NCBI RefSeq assembly: GCF_028641065.1
Contig: NC_073390.1
Location: 37,200,001-37,264,000 of the forward strand
DNA: 64,000 nucleotides
Direction of reading: 5' to 3'
Source of the DNA: Leucoraja erinacea
Taxonomy: Eukaryota
The position numbers and the translations under genes are program-made. This document shows positions 12,058-24,938 of the stretch, one piece after another (the stretch's first letter is position 1; the number at the start of each line of letters is the position of its first letter). The notes beneath the pieces are model-generated. The model saw only the letters and a program-made list of their open reading frames with translations, had not been told where the DNA came from and did no database searches.

Positions 12058-12543
12058 CTAGAAACATAGAAACATAGAAAATAGGTGCAGGAGTAGGCCA
12101 TTCGGCCCTTCGAGCCTGCACCGCCATTCAATATGATCATGGCTGATCATCCAACTCAGTATCCTGTACCTGCCTTCTCTCCATACCCCCTGATCCCTTT
12201 AGTCACAAGGGCCACATCTAACTCCCTCGTAAATATAGCCAATGAACTGGCCCCAACTACCTTCTGTGGCAGATAATTCCACAGATTCACCACTCTCTGT
12301 GTGAAAAATGTTTTCCTCATCTCTGTCCTAAAAGATTTCCCCCTTATCCTTAAGCTGTGACCCCTTGTTCTGGACTTCCCCAACATCGGGAACAATCTTC
12401 CTGCATCTAGCCTGTCCAACCCCTTAAGAATTTTGTAAGTTTCTATAAGATCCCCCCTCAATCTTCTAAATTCTAGCGAGTATAAACTGAGTCTATCCAG
12501 TCTTTCTTCATATGAAAGTCCTGACATCCCAGGAATCAGTCAG
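12058..12543 (-). mobile_element. Young CR1-type LINE 3' end, present only in this unit
   Basis: ORF 12156-12527 reads MSGLSYEERLDRLSLYSLEFRRLRGDLIETYKIL...; the tail is (TTTCTATG)n. It replaces about 45 bp found at 4880-4924. Confidence 0.92.
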
Positions 12544-13193
12544 TCCTCTCCATATTTTCATAATATATTTCATATTTTCATATGAGGGAGGAGGCCATTG
12601 GGCCTTTGAAGCCTACGTCAGCTTACAGTGCAATCCCATCAATAAACCTTTTATTTTCTTGTGCAACATATTCTCTCTGAGCTGCCCATTGACTCCACCC
12701 CGATTTGCATGCCACACACCTACACCAGAAGCTACAGTATCTGCAATCATTAAGTAAACCGAGCAGCATGTCATCAAGATGTGGGTGGAATCTGGAGCTA
12801 CCAGGGAAAATCCATATGGGTGCAAGCAGAAAGTTCGCACTGCACAAAGACAGCACTCAAGGCCATCTGCAGCCAAAGAAGACCAATATCATGAACTAAG
12901 TCCACATGAATGAAAATCACATAATGTCATTTAGGTTGACGTAATTCGCCTTTGGAAGCACATCATCACTGCAGCCTTTCATTCCTGGAATCATTTCAGC
13001 TGAATTCCTTCAGTACTCTTAATCAGATTTTTGCATTATTTCAAAAGTCTTGCACTTTAAATTTGTTGCTTCACCCCTGGGCAGATCCTGTGCTTTGTAT
13101 AAGGTCTCGACGACTTTAACTTTAGTGTGTCGAAGTTGGATTAAATAGAGCAATATTTTTTGCACTGCACTGTTTGATTTGTGTGTGATATCT

Positions 13194-13965
13194 CACAATC
13201 ACAATCAATCACAATAATACTTTATTAGCCGAGTTTGTTTTGCAACATATGAGGAATTTCATTTGCCAAGTCAGTGATACAAATAAAAAGCAACGGAACA
13301 CACAAAATACATGTTAAAATAAGCATCCACCACAGGACGGCGACTCCTCCACATTCCTCACTGTAATGGAAGGCGAAAGAAAAGTTCAAATCTCTTCCCT
13401 TCTTTGTTCTTCTGCAGTCGGGCACGTCGAGCCCTCCGTTGACGGGATGATCTTGACTCCCGTAGCTGACAATGTTTTGGGCCTCTGCATCAGGGCGATC
13501 AGCTCCTGCATCGGGGGGGATGTCAGCTCCCCCACGCCAGGCGATCGAATCCTGCGTCGGGGCTGTTCGAGCCTCTGCGTCGTTGGAGCTCCCAACTAGC
13601 CTCTCCCGACACTGCGAGATCTCGATGTAAAGTCCGCAGGCTGTGGTTGGAGTGATCCGAGGCAAAGGATCGGCTCTAATGGTAAGTCCACGCCCCGCAG
13701 TGGGGCTCAAAGTCAGTCCGAGGAGGCCTCCAGCTCCATAGATTGTAGGCCGCAGAGCAACCGGAGAAGCGACCTGGAAAACAATCGCATCTCCAGCAAG
13801 GTAAGAAACTAAAAAAAAGTTTCACCCGACCTCCTCCCCATCCCCCCACATAAAACAAACCAGAGAACATTTACACAGACTTTTAAAACACACTAAAAAT
13901 GCAAAAATAGACAAAAAAACATTGAGACTGTTGGCGGGGCTGCAATCGTGCGGCACCCCTGGTGG
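13194..13965 (-). mobile_element. Non-coding GC-rich interspersed retroposon (uninterrupted paralog of 5574-6953)
   Basis: Colinear with 5574-5743 plus 6353-6953. Confidence 0.7.
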
Positions 13966-15389
13966 TACAAAGGAAAGGTGTACGATATCTTCCACCAAGT
14001 TTGTGATTTGCCTCTAGGGTTTTCCCAGCATCTGGTCTGGTATCCTGCAGGGGAACATGGGCTTGTGGCACCCAAACGTACGTTATGCCAATCTAAATGG
14101 TTGTTGTATGATTTTCATTGATGTGCTTAGTTCATGGATAGCACCAGCCAGAAATATGAATGCACAGCCAATGTGAAGTCTGCTTATGTTTTAACTAAAA
14201 TAGTACAGCTTGGAAGATTCCAGCCCATGGTCCCGTGAGTGACTTTCCTGACTTTAATCCTGAGTTGCACATGGAGGATTAGTTGAAGTAATGTACAAAT
14301 ACGTGGGAGAGAGGGATAAGATAAGGGGCTTTAGGAAGATTTACTGTCATAAGAAGTATTTTAATATAACTATATCTGAGACAGGTTCCAAATGTAGTAT
14401 TACTTCAAAGGGTCGGACCTGGACATGATTTTGCTTTTAACGGAGGGTGGGTCATTGTGGACCTTAGAGGTGCAGCAGAGGCCTATTCCTTCATGAGTGA
14501 CCCATGAATCCACAGACCAAGATGCAATGACTAAGATCATGAAATAGAAACAACAAACTGCAGAAAGTGATTTACACAAAACGACACAAATTGCTGGAGT
14601 AACACATCGGGTCAGGCAGCATCCCTGGCAAACATGGATAGGTGAAGTTTCAGGTCGGGACCCTTCTTCAGATTGATTGTAGAGGAGGAGGTGGTGGGAA
14701 GAATGCTGGGAAGGAGGGAGGCAAGACAAAGTGTTACATGGAATAGGTGCACCAGACGAGGGAGGTATTTGATAGGTATTTGATAGGCAGATACATGGAA
14801 CACTACAGACACCAGAAGTACTGCAGAGGTCTGTTCTGCCATGAATCACCCTTAAATCCACAGACCAAGCTGCAAGGACCAAGAAGATCATGAAGTTCCA
14901 CTCTATCACGTGGGAAAGAGAAATCTGTCACTCACTTTGCGGGATTTGATAAATTTTACTATTCCCCTTTTTTAAACCTAAAATGAATTACACAATGCAC
15001 ACAATATGCCTTATGATTTAATTTCTAAGCTGATTTCTCTGAATTAGCTCTGATTCAAATTATTGTTTCATTGTGCTTAAAAAATGACTGCAGATATTTT
15101 TTTTTAATTGACTTTTTAGATTCATCTATTTTGTTCAGTAATTTTGCAATTAATAGCCAATTTGTACTGCAGAGCTGGCCAAGTTTGAAAGGCTGTTCTC
15201 TTTAGCTGTGTTGTGTTGTGCTGTGTTACATTTTGAATCTAAATGGAAATAACATAAGAAGTAAATACTACCTGCTTCAATTGATCGTGGGTAGTGAAAC
15301 AAAGGTATTAGGAAGTACGTAGATAATGAAATCAGGCTGCCAAGATATATTTATAAATAGCGTGGTGTAATCAGGTGAGGTAACATCGT

Positions 15390-15456
15390 GGAAAATCCAG
15401 AGGTCATGTGTTGCATTTCCTTGTTTCAAAAAATGTCCCAATCAAAGTGTATATAA
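15390..15456 (+). promoter_or_regulatory. Proximal promoter of copy B
   Basis: GGAAAATCC at 15390-15398, then CATTTCCTTG, then TATATAA at 15450-15456. Confidence 0.75.
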
Positions 15457-15547
15457 GCAGTTGCCAGAATCAAAAAAGCACATCAGATCACCATTACCAA
15501 CTCAACGTAATCCACAGCAAAGTTATCTTATAAACCAGTGATCAACA

Positions 15548-16313
15548 ATGAACACTCTCAAGAGACTTCTCCCAGCAGCTATGCTCTCTTTGATTGTACT
15601 GAACATGTTTGACAATACACTATCAGGTAAGTCTTAGAGATGCCTTTTCACACATTCCCACTAATTAGATTTTAAAGTTATTTACTTGTGCTACATGCAT
15701 GACTATATTTTTCATTCTTCCAGCTGCAACATACGGCGACTGCTGCCTCGCTTATTCAAAGAAGCGACTGCCACAAAAATTGATCTCTGGTTACATGGAG
15801 CAAAAATCCAATGAAATATGTGAGATAGATGCAATTATGTAAGTACAAATCGATAATATATAGCTTATGATCATAGAATTATATTTATTAGGTTTTTCAA
15901 TTAATAGAACAACAACTTAAATATTTTATAGATTCTACACCGTCAGAGGAAGAGCAGTGTGTGCAGATCCTGAGCACCATTGGGTGAAGAAAGCACTGAA
16001 TTTTTTGAGGTAAGCAACATAATAAATGATTGATAACATTGAGAAGGCCACAGCAGTGATCTGAAATGTATAAAGTGTTGCCAATCAAGAGTAGATGAGG
16101 GTTGCATCCACAATCAAACTTCTGAATATAAATCTTTAAAAAATCATTTTCTTTGCAAAGCTGCTGTAAAATGTAGACTACTCAGCAATATTTGATATTT
16201 AGATATTATTGACAGCATTTTTATTGATTTCTTTCATTATAATATTTGATTATTTGAAACATTGATCTCTTTGTCTTCACAGCAAAAAGCTGAGAAAAAT
16301 GTCACAAGATTGA
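15548..16313 (+). CDS. CCL20: C-C motif chemokine 20-like, copy B (4 exons, 100 aa)
   Basis: Exons 15548-15626, 15724-15838, 15932-16009 and 16283-16313, all GT-AG. Protein MNTLKRLLPAAMLSLIVLNMFDNTLSAATYGDCCLAYSKKRLPQKLISGYMEQKSNEICEIDAIIFYTVRGRAVCADPEHHWVKKALNFLSKKLRKMSQD. Confidence 0.93.
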
Positions 16314-17706
16314 GCCATGTCTCGAGGAAAGAAGTTGGCTGCATTTAGCTGGATTTATTTCAAGAATCCATCCTGCATAGTATCTATGCCCAGACAATGA
16401 AAGTTTATTAAAACTTCCGTAATTTGTATCAGTCACAATTGATGTGTAAGCCACTTTATTTTTAGTATGTTCTGCTGAACTTAATGAAGAATAACTGTAT
16501 ATTCTTATTTAATTTTTTGCTACATCATGCTGGTTGTGAATTAAATGACGATGAATGTAATATTATCACCTGCATATGTGTCAGTCAATCTATGTTTAAT
16601 TTATTGGAAAGTGAATGATGCCAAGGAATATCTCAGAGTTCAAGTAGCACCGTGTTAATTGCCACCTCTGTGTATTTCAAAAATGTGAGCGAATGAAAAA
16701 TAAAGATATTTATTTCAGATTTCTTCTTCGGTAATTTATTTTGCCTCACTAACGGAAACCTAGCCAATGGTAAACCACTTACAGCATTGTCAGCAGAAGG
16801 GTAAACTAAAGCTCATCACAAACATCTTTCCAACTTCATCAGACACGAGATGGAATAAAACAAAGAGCAAGGGGATTGATCCTAAAGTTCAGAATCTCAG
16901 GAAAGCCAACTTGAGGGATTCCAAACATTCAATGTGAGGCTTCTAGTATTGAATGCCGAATAGAATTATGACTTTTGAAATCCAGAATGGAACTTTAATA
17001 AACCTTTTAAAATTCCTGCGTCAGCTGCTTCAGGTGTCAACATTTAAACTGGTTTCTTGTTTTACCCTGGCACCTGTTCTTCATTAAAGCAGGTGCTTTG
17101 ACCAAAAGGAACTATGAAACTGAGTAATTAAATTGTTTATGACTCATTTGCTAAAGTTGGCTCCAGTTTTCTAACTAATATCAGAAACAGGCATATCATT
17201 ATTCTCAATGCAGTAAATATTGAAATATCAGATGTTCTGCTGATTTCTGCTTGTATTGAGGTGCCTTAAAGTTCAGAGTCTTAGAGTCATTCAGCACAGA
17301 AACCTGCCTTTGTTACTCTCCTGGTCATCAAGTACCCATCTATCCTTATCCAGTTTCCCACTATTCAGACCATAACCTTCTACGCCAGGCAGTTAAAGGA
17401 TTCATTCAGATACATCTTTAATATTGTGAGAGCACCTGTCTCTACTACCCCACAGGCAGTGTATTCCAGATTCCTCCCACTCTATCAGCAATAAAAAAAA
17501 ATCCCCAAGTACTCACTAAATCACTTACCACTAATCTTTGCTCTCTGGTTATGGACACTTCAGCTGAAGGGAAATTTTAGCAATATCCACCCAATCTATT
17601 CTTCCCTTTACAACTGGGTGCACTCCCACATCTCCCCAGCCCCCCCCCCCCCCCCCCCCCCCCCCCTTTCTATTCTCCCCACCCCTTCTACTCATATACC
17701 CTCCCC

Positions 17707-20073
17707 AGTACAAGCCGAGTCTATCCAGTCTTTCTTCATATGAAAGTCCTGACATCCCAGAAATCAGTCTGGTGAACCTTCTCTGTACTCCCTCTATGGC
17801 AAGAATGTCCTTCCTCAGATTAGGAGACCAAAACTGTACGTAATACTCCAGGTGTGGTCTCACCAAGACCCTGTACAACTGCAGTAAAACCACCCTGCTC
17901 CTATACTCAAATCCTTTTGCTATGAATGCTAACATACCATTCGTTTTCTTCACTGCCTGCTGCACCTGCATGCCTACTTTCAATGACTGGTGTACCATGA
18001 CACCCAGGTCTCGTTGCATCTCCCATTTTCCTAATCGGCCACCATTCAGGTAATAGTCTACTTTCCTGTTTTTGCCACCAAAGTGGATAACCTCACATTT
18101 ATCCACATTATACTGCATCTGCCATGCATTTGCCCACTCACCCAGCCTATCCAAATCATTTACAGGGGTCGGAGAGGAATTTCCCGGTTTTTTTTCCCGA
18201 ATTGGACCTGGGTTTTTATCCGGTTTTTTGCCTCCCCCAGGAGATCACGAGGTTCTTGGGGTGGAGAGGGGTGATAGCGGTATAAAGGGGAGGGTAGTGT
18301 CTTGTGTTCTGTGTCTTGTGTCTACTGTTTGTGGGTAAGTGTGTCTGTTTAGTGTTCAGCCATGAGCGAATGGCGGTGCGGGCTCGATGGACCTGGTGGT
18401 CTGCTCTCGCACCTACTTTCTATGTTTCTATGTTTCTATTTTGCCGCCTCCTAACATCCTCCTCACAGCTAACACTGCCCCCCAGCTTCTTGTCATCCGC
18501 AAACTTGGAGATGTTGCATTCAATTCCCTCGCAATTAATATATATTGTAAATAGCTGGGGTCCCAGCACTGAGCCTTGCGGTACCCCACTAGTCACTGCC
18601 TGCCATTCTGTAAAGGACCCGTTAACTCCTACTCTTTGTTTCCTGTCTGTCAGCCAGTTCTCTATCCACATCAATACTGAACCCCTAATACCGTATGCTT
18701 TAAGTTTGTATACTAATCTCTTATGTGGGACCATGTTGAAAGTCTTCTGAAAGTCCAGATATAACACATCCACTGATTCTCCCTTATCCACTCTACTAGT
18801 TACATCCTCGAAAAATTCTATAAGATTCGTCAGACATGATTTACCTTTCATAAATCCATGCTGACTTTGTCCAATGATTTCACCACTTTCCAAATATGCT
18901 GCTATCCCATCTTTAATAACTGACTCTAGCAGTTTCCCCACTACCAATGTTAGACTAACTGGTCTGTAATTCCCCATTTTCTCTCTCCCTCCCTTTTTAA
19001 AAAGTGGGGTTACATTAGCTACCTTCCAATCCTCAGGAACTACTCCAGGATCTAAAGAGTTTTGAAAAATTATCACATGCATCCACTATTTATAGGGCTA
19101 TTTCCTTAAGTACTCTGAGATACAGCCTATCTGGCCCTGGGGATTTGTCGGCCTTTAATCCAGTCAATTTACCTAACATCACTTCCCGGCTAACCTGGAT
19201 TTCACTCAGTTCCTCCATCTCATTTGACCCCCGATCCCTTGATATTTCCGGCAGATTAATTAAGTCTTCCTTAGTGAAGACAGAACCAAAGTAGTTATTC
19301 AATTGGTCTGCCATCTCCTTGTTCCCCATGATCAATTCACCCGTTTCTGACTGCAATGGACCTACATTTATTTTAACTAATCCTTTCTCTTCACATATCT
19401 ATAAACACTTTTCCAGTCAGTTTATATAGTCCCTGCCAGTTTTCTTTCATAATCTATTTTCCCTTTCCTAATTAAGCCCTTTGTCCTCCTCTGCTTGTCT
19501 TTGAATTTCTCCCAGTCCTCCGGTAGGCTGCTTTTTCTGGCTAATTTGTATGCTTCATCTTTTGTTTTGATACTATCCCTGAATTCCCTAGTTATCCACG
19601 GATGCACTACCTTCCCTGATTTATTCTTTTGCCAACCTGGATGAACAATTGTTGTTGTTCATCCATGCAGCCTTTAAATGCCTTCCATTGCATATCCACC
19701 GTCAACCTTTTAAAATTCAATTGCCAGTCTATCTTGGCCAATTCACATCTCATATCCTCAAAGTTACCTTTCTTTAAGTTCAGAACCCTTGTTTCTGAAT
19801 TAATTATGTCACTCTCCATCTTAATGAAGAACTCAACCATATTATGGTCACTCTTGCCCAAGGGGCCACGCACAACAAGACTGCTAACTAACCCTTCCTC
19901 ATTACTCAATACCCAGTCTAGAATAGCCTGCTCTCTCATTGGTTCCTCTACATGTTGGATTAGAAAACTATCCCGCGTACATTCCAAGAAATCCTCTTCC
20001 TCAGCACTCCTGCCAATTTGATTCACCCTATCTATATGTAGATTGAAGTCACCCATTATAACTGTTTTACCTT
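17707..20073 (-). mobile_element. CR1-type LINE ORF2 (endonuclease end plus RT), truncated at both ends and frameshifted
   Basis: Consecutive ORFs carry MGDFNLH...[21 protein letters not shown]...QHGF...YLDFQK...[10 protein letters not shown]...FADD and VRPHLEY. Confidence 0.93.
18159..18440 (+). mobile_element. Short LINE-derived 3' end nested antisense in the CR1
   Basis: It interrupts the host RT reading frame, which is continuous in the related copy near 53730, and ends in a (TTTCTATG)n tail. Confidence 0.65.
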
Positions 20074-21102
20074 AGAGGAGCTTAAATGTGCATGCAGAGT
20101 TTGATTTGACCCGACAACATCAATGGTAAAGTAGAGATATTGTTTAAGCAGAAAGGTGCGACAAGTTGCTGGATGATTCAAGTTGCTCTGCTGTTATGCT
20201 CCTTGAACGTAACAGCCTCCCTTCACCCTCTCTAATTTCCAACAGATTTCTGGTGACAAAGGAGACCTTGGGCCTTGCAGGTCAATGCCAGCTCTCGGTG
20301 CAATCCCAGCAGTTCAACAATCTTTAATTTCTCATGTAACGTATTGTCTCTCACATGCCCATCAGCTCCACCCTGATTCTCATGCCAAACACCTACACCA
20401 GAAGCTATGCCTGAAGAAGGGTCTCAACCCAAAACGTCACCTATTCTTTCGCTCCATAGATGCTGCCTCACCCGTTGAGATTCCCCAGCATTTTTTATCT
20501 ACCTACCCCAGAAGATATCTGCAATCATCAATTAACCCTAGCAGCATGACATCAGCATGTGGAAGGAATCCAGAACAACCAGGGAAATTCCAAATGGGTG
20601 CAAGCAGAATGTTTGCACTGCCCTCAAGGCCACCTCCAGTCAAAGAAGAATAACATCAGCTTCCCCACTGATTTTACATCACTGCAGCATTTCAGTCCTG
20701 GAATTGTTCCAGCTCAATCCATCCAACACTCTTTTTCAGGCCTCCGCATCCTTCCAAAGGTCTGGTTGTTAGAATTTTCAATTACCCTTGTGAGCTCAAA
20801 TCATGCTTTGCATAACGACAATGGAAGTTTACCTTTGGTGCCTGGAAGTTGGGTTAAATAGAGCAATATTTTTATGCATCTTGCTATTTGATTTTGATGT
20901 CATATTTAATGTAAAGGGTAGATGTTCTGTGACTTTCACCGAGGCTGTGATTAACCTTCCCTGTCATCCTGACATCCAACATGCTATTGTGCAGTGGAAC
21001 CTCAGCCTGTGCAGTGACACTTAAAGGCAAGTTACGCCAGTGATTTCCATTCATGTGTATTTAGTTAATGGATGGAACCAAGCCAGAAACATGAAAGCAC
21101 AA

Positions 21103-21641
21103 CCAATAAAAAAGCACCATCCTGACCAGTTCTCAGCCTGTGGGGTACAACTCCACTTGGAACCTGTCTGAGGTATAGCTTTTAAATCAAATACTTCCCA
21201 CTACAGTGAATGTTCATCAAGCTCTTTATCCTACCCATCCCTCCCATATCCTACATATGCTCTTCATTCTTCCAACTAATCTCCCATGTTTAACTCAGGC
21301 TACAGTCAGGAAAGTCTGTTCCAGGACAAACTGAGACTGATTCCCAGCTTCTCAGCCATACCCCATTTNNNNNNNNNNNNNNNNNNNNNNNNNNNNNNNN
21401 NNNNNNNNNNNNNNNNNNNNNNNNNNNNNNNNNNNNNNNNNNNNNNNNNNNNNNNNNNNNNNNNNNNNNNNNNNNNNNNNNNNNNNNNNNNNNNNNNNNN
21501 NNNNNNNNNNNNNNNNNNNNNNNNNNNNNNNNNNNNNNNNNNNNNNNNNNNNNNNNNNNNNNNNNNNNNNNNNNNNNNNNNNNNNNNAGTGGAGTTGTAC
21601 TCCACAGGCTGAGAACTGGTCAGGATATTGCTTTTTTATGG
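21103..21641. repeat. Long inverted repeat spanning an assembly gap
   Basis: 21588-21641 is the reverse complement of about 21103-21157. The rest of the left arm is the inverse of the sequence at 24340-24590. Confidence 0.75.
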
Positions 21642-22193
21642 AGGGGCACTGCAGATCTCAGAAGTACTGCAGAGGCCTGTTCCTTCATGAGTGACCTTCA
21701 ATCCACAGTCCACACTGCAAAGCCCAAGATCATGAGGTTCCACTCACGCGTGCAGGAAAGAAAAATCGGTGACTTTGCAGAATTTGAACGATTTTCCTTT
21801 TCCATTTTTTCAACCTGAAGTGAATTACATGATGCACACAATGTGCTTCATGATTTAATTTCGAAGCTGGATCCTGATTCATAATCTCTGCCTCATATTA
21901 TTGTTTACAGCAGTTAATTAGAACAAAATATTCACTTTAAAATCGATCTGTTTTGTGCATTGCTGACCCAATTTGTATTACAGAGCTGACCAATCTTGAA
22001 AGGCTGTTCTCCAGAGATTTTCAATATGTTGTATTACTAATTTTGAATCTAAATGAAAATAGCATAAGAAATACAAGCTTCAATTGCTCTTGGGCCATAA
22101 AACAAAGGTATTAATAAGTACTTAGGTTATAAAGTCAGGCTGCCAAGATCTATTTATAAACACCCTGATGTAAACAAGTAATGTGACAATAGA

Positions 22194-22259
22194 GGAAATT
22201 CCAAGCGTCACTTGTTGCATTTCCTTGTTACAAAAATTCCCAACCAAAGAGTATATAAA
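22194..22259 (+). promoter_or_regulatory. Proximal promoter of copy C
   Basis: GGAAATTCC at 22194-22202, then CATTTCCTTG, then TATATAAA at 22252-22259. Confidence 0.75.
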
Positions 22260-22349
22260 CAGTTGACAGAATCCCAAAAGCACACCAGTTCTTCATTATC
22301 ATCACAACATATTCCGCAGCAAAGTTATCTTATAAACCAGTGATCAGCA

Positions 22350-23687
22350 ATGAACACTCTCAAGAGACTTCTCCCAGTAGCTTTGCTATCATTGATAGTA
22401 CTGAGCATGTTTGGTAATTCGCTTTCAGCAGGTAAGTCCTAGAGATGCCTTTTAATTCATTCCTACTAATCAGATTTGAAGAAAGATATTTACTTGTACT
22501 GTATGCATAACTATATTTTTCATTCTTCCAGCTATGACATACGGAGACTGCTGTCTCGCTTATTCAAAGAAGCGACTGCCACGAAAATTAATCTCTGGCT
22601 ATGTAGAGCAAAAATCCAATGAAATATGTGAGAAAGATGCAATTATGTAAGTACAAATAAACAATATATTACTGATGAGCATAGAACAACACTTATTACA
22701 ATGTTCAATGAATGGATCAATAATTTAAATGTTTGATAGATTCTACACCATCAGAGGAAGAGCAGTGTGTGCAGCTCCTGAGCAGCAATGGGTGAAGAAA
22801 GCATTGTATTTTTTGAGGTAAGACCAAGCAACATAATAATTAACTGAGAACATTGAGAAAGCTGCAGCAGTGATCTGAAATGTATGAAGTGTTGCCAACA
22901 TTTGGGGCCCATGGTGGTGCAGCGGTAGAGTTGCTGCCTAATGCCCCTGTCCCACTTAAGAAACCTGAAAGGAAACTTCTGGCGACTTTGCGCCCCACCC
23001 AAGGTTTCCTTGCGGTTCCCAGAGGTTGCAGTTGGTTGCTGGAGGTTGCAGGTAGTGGAAGCAGGTAGGGAGACTGACAAAAACCTCTGGGAACTGCACG
23101 GGTGGGGCACAAAGTCTCCAGAGGTTTCTGTTCAGGTTTCCTAAGTGGGACAGCGGCATTATTGCGCCAGAGACCCAGGTTCGATCCTGACCATGGGTGC
23201 TATCTGTACGGTGTTTGTCCATTCTCCCCGTGACCTGCGCGAGTTTTCACCGGGTGCTCCAGTTTCTGCCCACACTCCAAAGGCATGCAGCTTTGTAGGT
23301 TAATTGGCTTGGTATAAATGTAAATTGTCCCTAGTGTGTGTAGGATAGTGTTAGTGTGCGGGGATCGTTGGTCGGCACGGACTTGGTGGGCCGAAGGGCC
23401 TGTTTCCGTGCTGTATCCTCAAACAAAACTAAACTAAACAATCAAGAGTAAATGAGGGTTGCATCCACAATCACACTTCTGAATGTAAATCTCAAAAATA
23501 TTATTTTCTTTGCCAAGTTGCTGTAAAATGCAAACAACTACTCAGTAATATTTGATATATAGAAGAAATTATTGACAGGACGTTTTCATTGATTTTTTTT
23601 CTTGTTATAATATTTGATTACCGTATTTGAAACTTATTAATCTGCTTGTCTTCCAGCAAAAAGCTGAAAAAAATGTCACAAGATTGA
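22350..23687 (+). CDS. CCL20: C-C motif chemokine 20-like, copy C (4 exons, 101 aa; most divergent)
   Basis: Exons 22350-22431, 22532-22646, 22740-22817 and 23657-23687, all GT-AG. Protein MNTLKRLLPVALLSLIVLSMFGNSLSAAMTYGDCCLAYSKKRLPRKLISGYVEQKSNEICEKDAIIFYTIRGRAVCAAPEQQWVKKALYFLSKKLKKMSQD. Confidence 0.92.
22899..23441 (+). mobile_element. tRNA-derived V-SINE (HE1-like) in intron 3 of copy C
   Basis: A-box-like TGGTGCAGCGGT, B-box GGTTCGATCC, V-domain TTCTCCCCGTGACCTGCG...GGGTGCTCCAGTTTC, a CR1-like 3' end and an (AAACT)n tail. Other copies show the empty site TTGCCAATCAAGAG. Confidence 0.9.
22942..23158. mobile_element. MITE (PIF/Harbinger-like) nested in the SINE
   Basis: Long TIRs TGCCCCTGTCCCACTTA.../...TAAGTGGGACAGCGGCA with 3-bp flanks TAA/TTA. 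Same family as 57176-57400. Confidence 0.8.
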
Positions 23688-24764
23688 GCCGCGTCTCGAG
23701 GAAAGAAGTTGGCTGCATTTAGCTGGATTTATTTCACGAAACCTTTCTGCACAGTATCTGTGCCCAGACAATAGAAGTTTGTTAAAACTTCCATAATTTG
23801 TATCACTCACATTTGATGTGTAAGCCACTTTATTTTTAGTATGTTCTACTGAACTTAATGAAGTATATTCTTATTTATTTTTTGCTACATCGTTCTGGTT
23901 GTGAATTAAATGACAGTGATTGTAATATAATCACCTGTATGTGTGTTCAGTCAATCTAAGCTTGACTTATTGGAAAGTGAAACGTAAAGAGGAATATCTC
24001 CGAGTTTAAATGTCACCATGTTGCTTGCCACCATTGTTGTTATACTCAAATGTCAGTGAATGAAAAATAAAGATAATTATTTCAGTTTTGTTCTTCAGTA
24101 ATTTATTTTATGAGATCTTGTTTGCCTCACTAACGGAAACCCAAATAATGATAAAACACTTACAGCATTGCCACAAGAGCTCAACACATACACCTTTCCA
24201 AGTCATGAGATCTGTCATTACGCCAACCTAAATGAATCTTCAGAGATTTTCATTCATGTGGACTTCGTTCTTAGATGGCACCAGCCAGAAACATGAATGC
24301 ACAGCCCTTGTGAAGTCTAATTAAGCTTCAACAAATAGGCTTCAGCTGAGAATCTATCTCAGATTGTCCTGGAAGTGACTTTCCAGACTGCCGCTCTGAG
24401 TTGCACATGGGATATTAGTTGAAGGAATGAAGAGTGTATGTGAGATGTGGGAGGGATGGGTAGGATGAGGAGCTACAGGAAGATTCACTGCAGTGGGAAG
24501 TGCTTGACTGTAACTACAGTATTTCTGAGACATTTACAAGTGTAGTACTAACCCACAGGCTGAGACCTGGTCAGGATGTTGCTTTCTTTATGGAGGGGAC
24601 TCCACAGACCTTAGAATTACTGCAGGGGCCAGTTCCTTCATGAGTGACCTTCAATCCACAGACCACACGGCAAGGATCAAGATCATGAAGTAGAAACAAC
24701 CAACTACACATGCTGGATACACACAAGGACACAAAGTGCTCAGCAGGTCAGGCAGCATCCCTTG

Positions 24765-24870
24765 TATGGGCGGACATCGCTTTTAAACCATGGGGGGGGG
24801 ACACAATTTCCTGATGGTACAATTACATGTGCATGACAACTAACAATATTATCTCCTCCCACTCCCTCCC

Positions 24871-24938
<68 letters not shown>

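Noticed and set aside
12058-20073. CR1 pieces at 12058-12543 and 17707-20073 overlap by only ~60 bp and could be one split element
   Set aside because: The same subfamily also occurs at 52890-54230, so independent insertions are simpler. No shared TSD is seen.
22903-23190. tRNA-like A/B boxes
   Set aside because: They are the tRNA-derived head of a SINE, not a tRNA gene.
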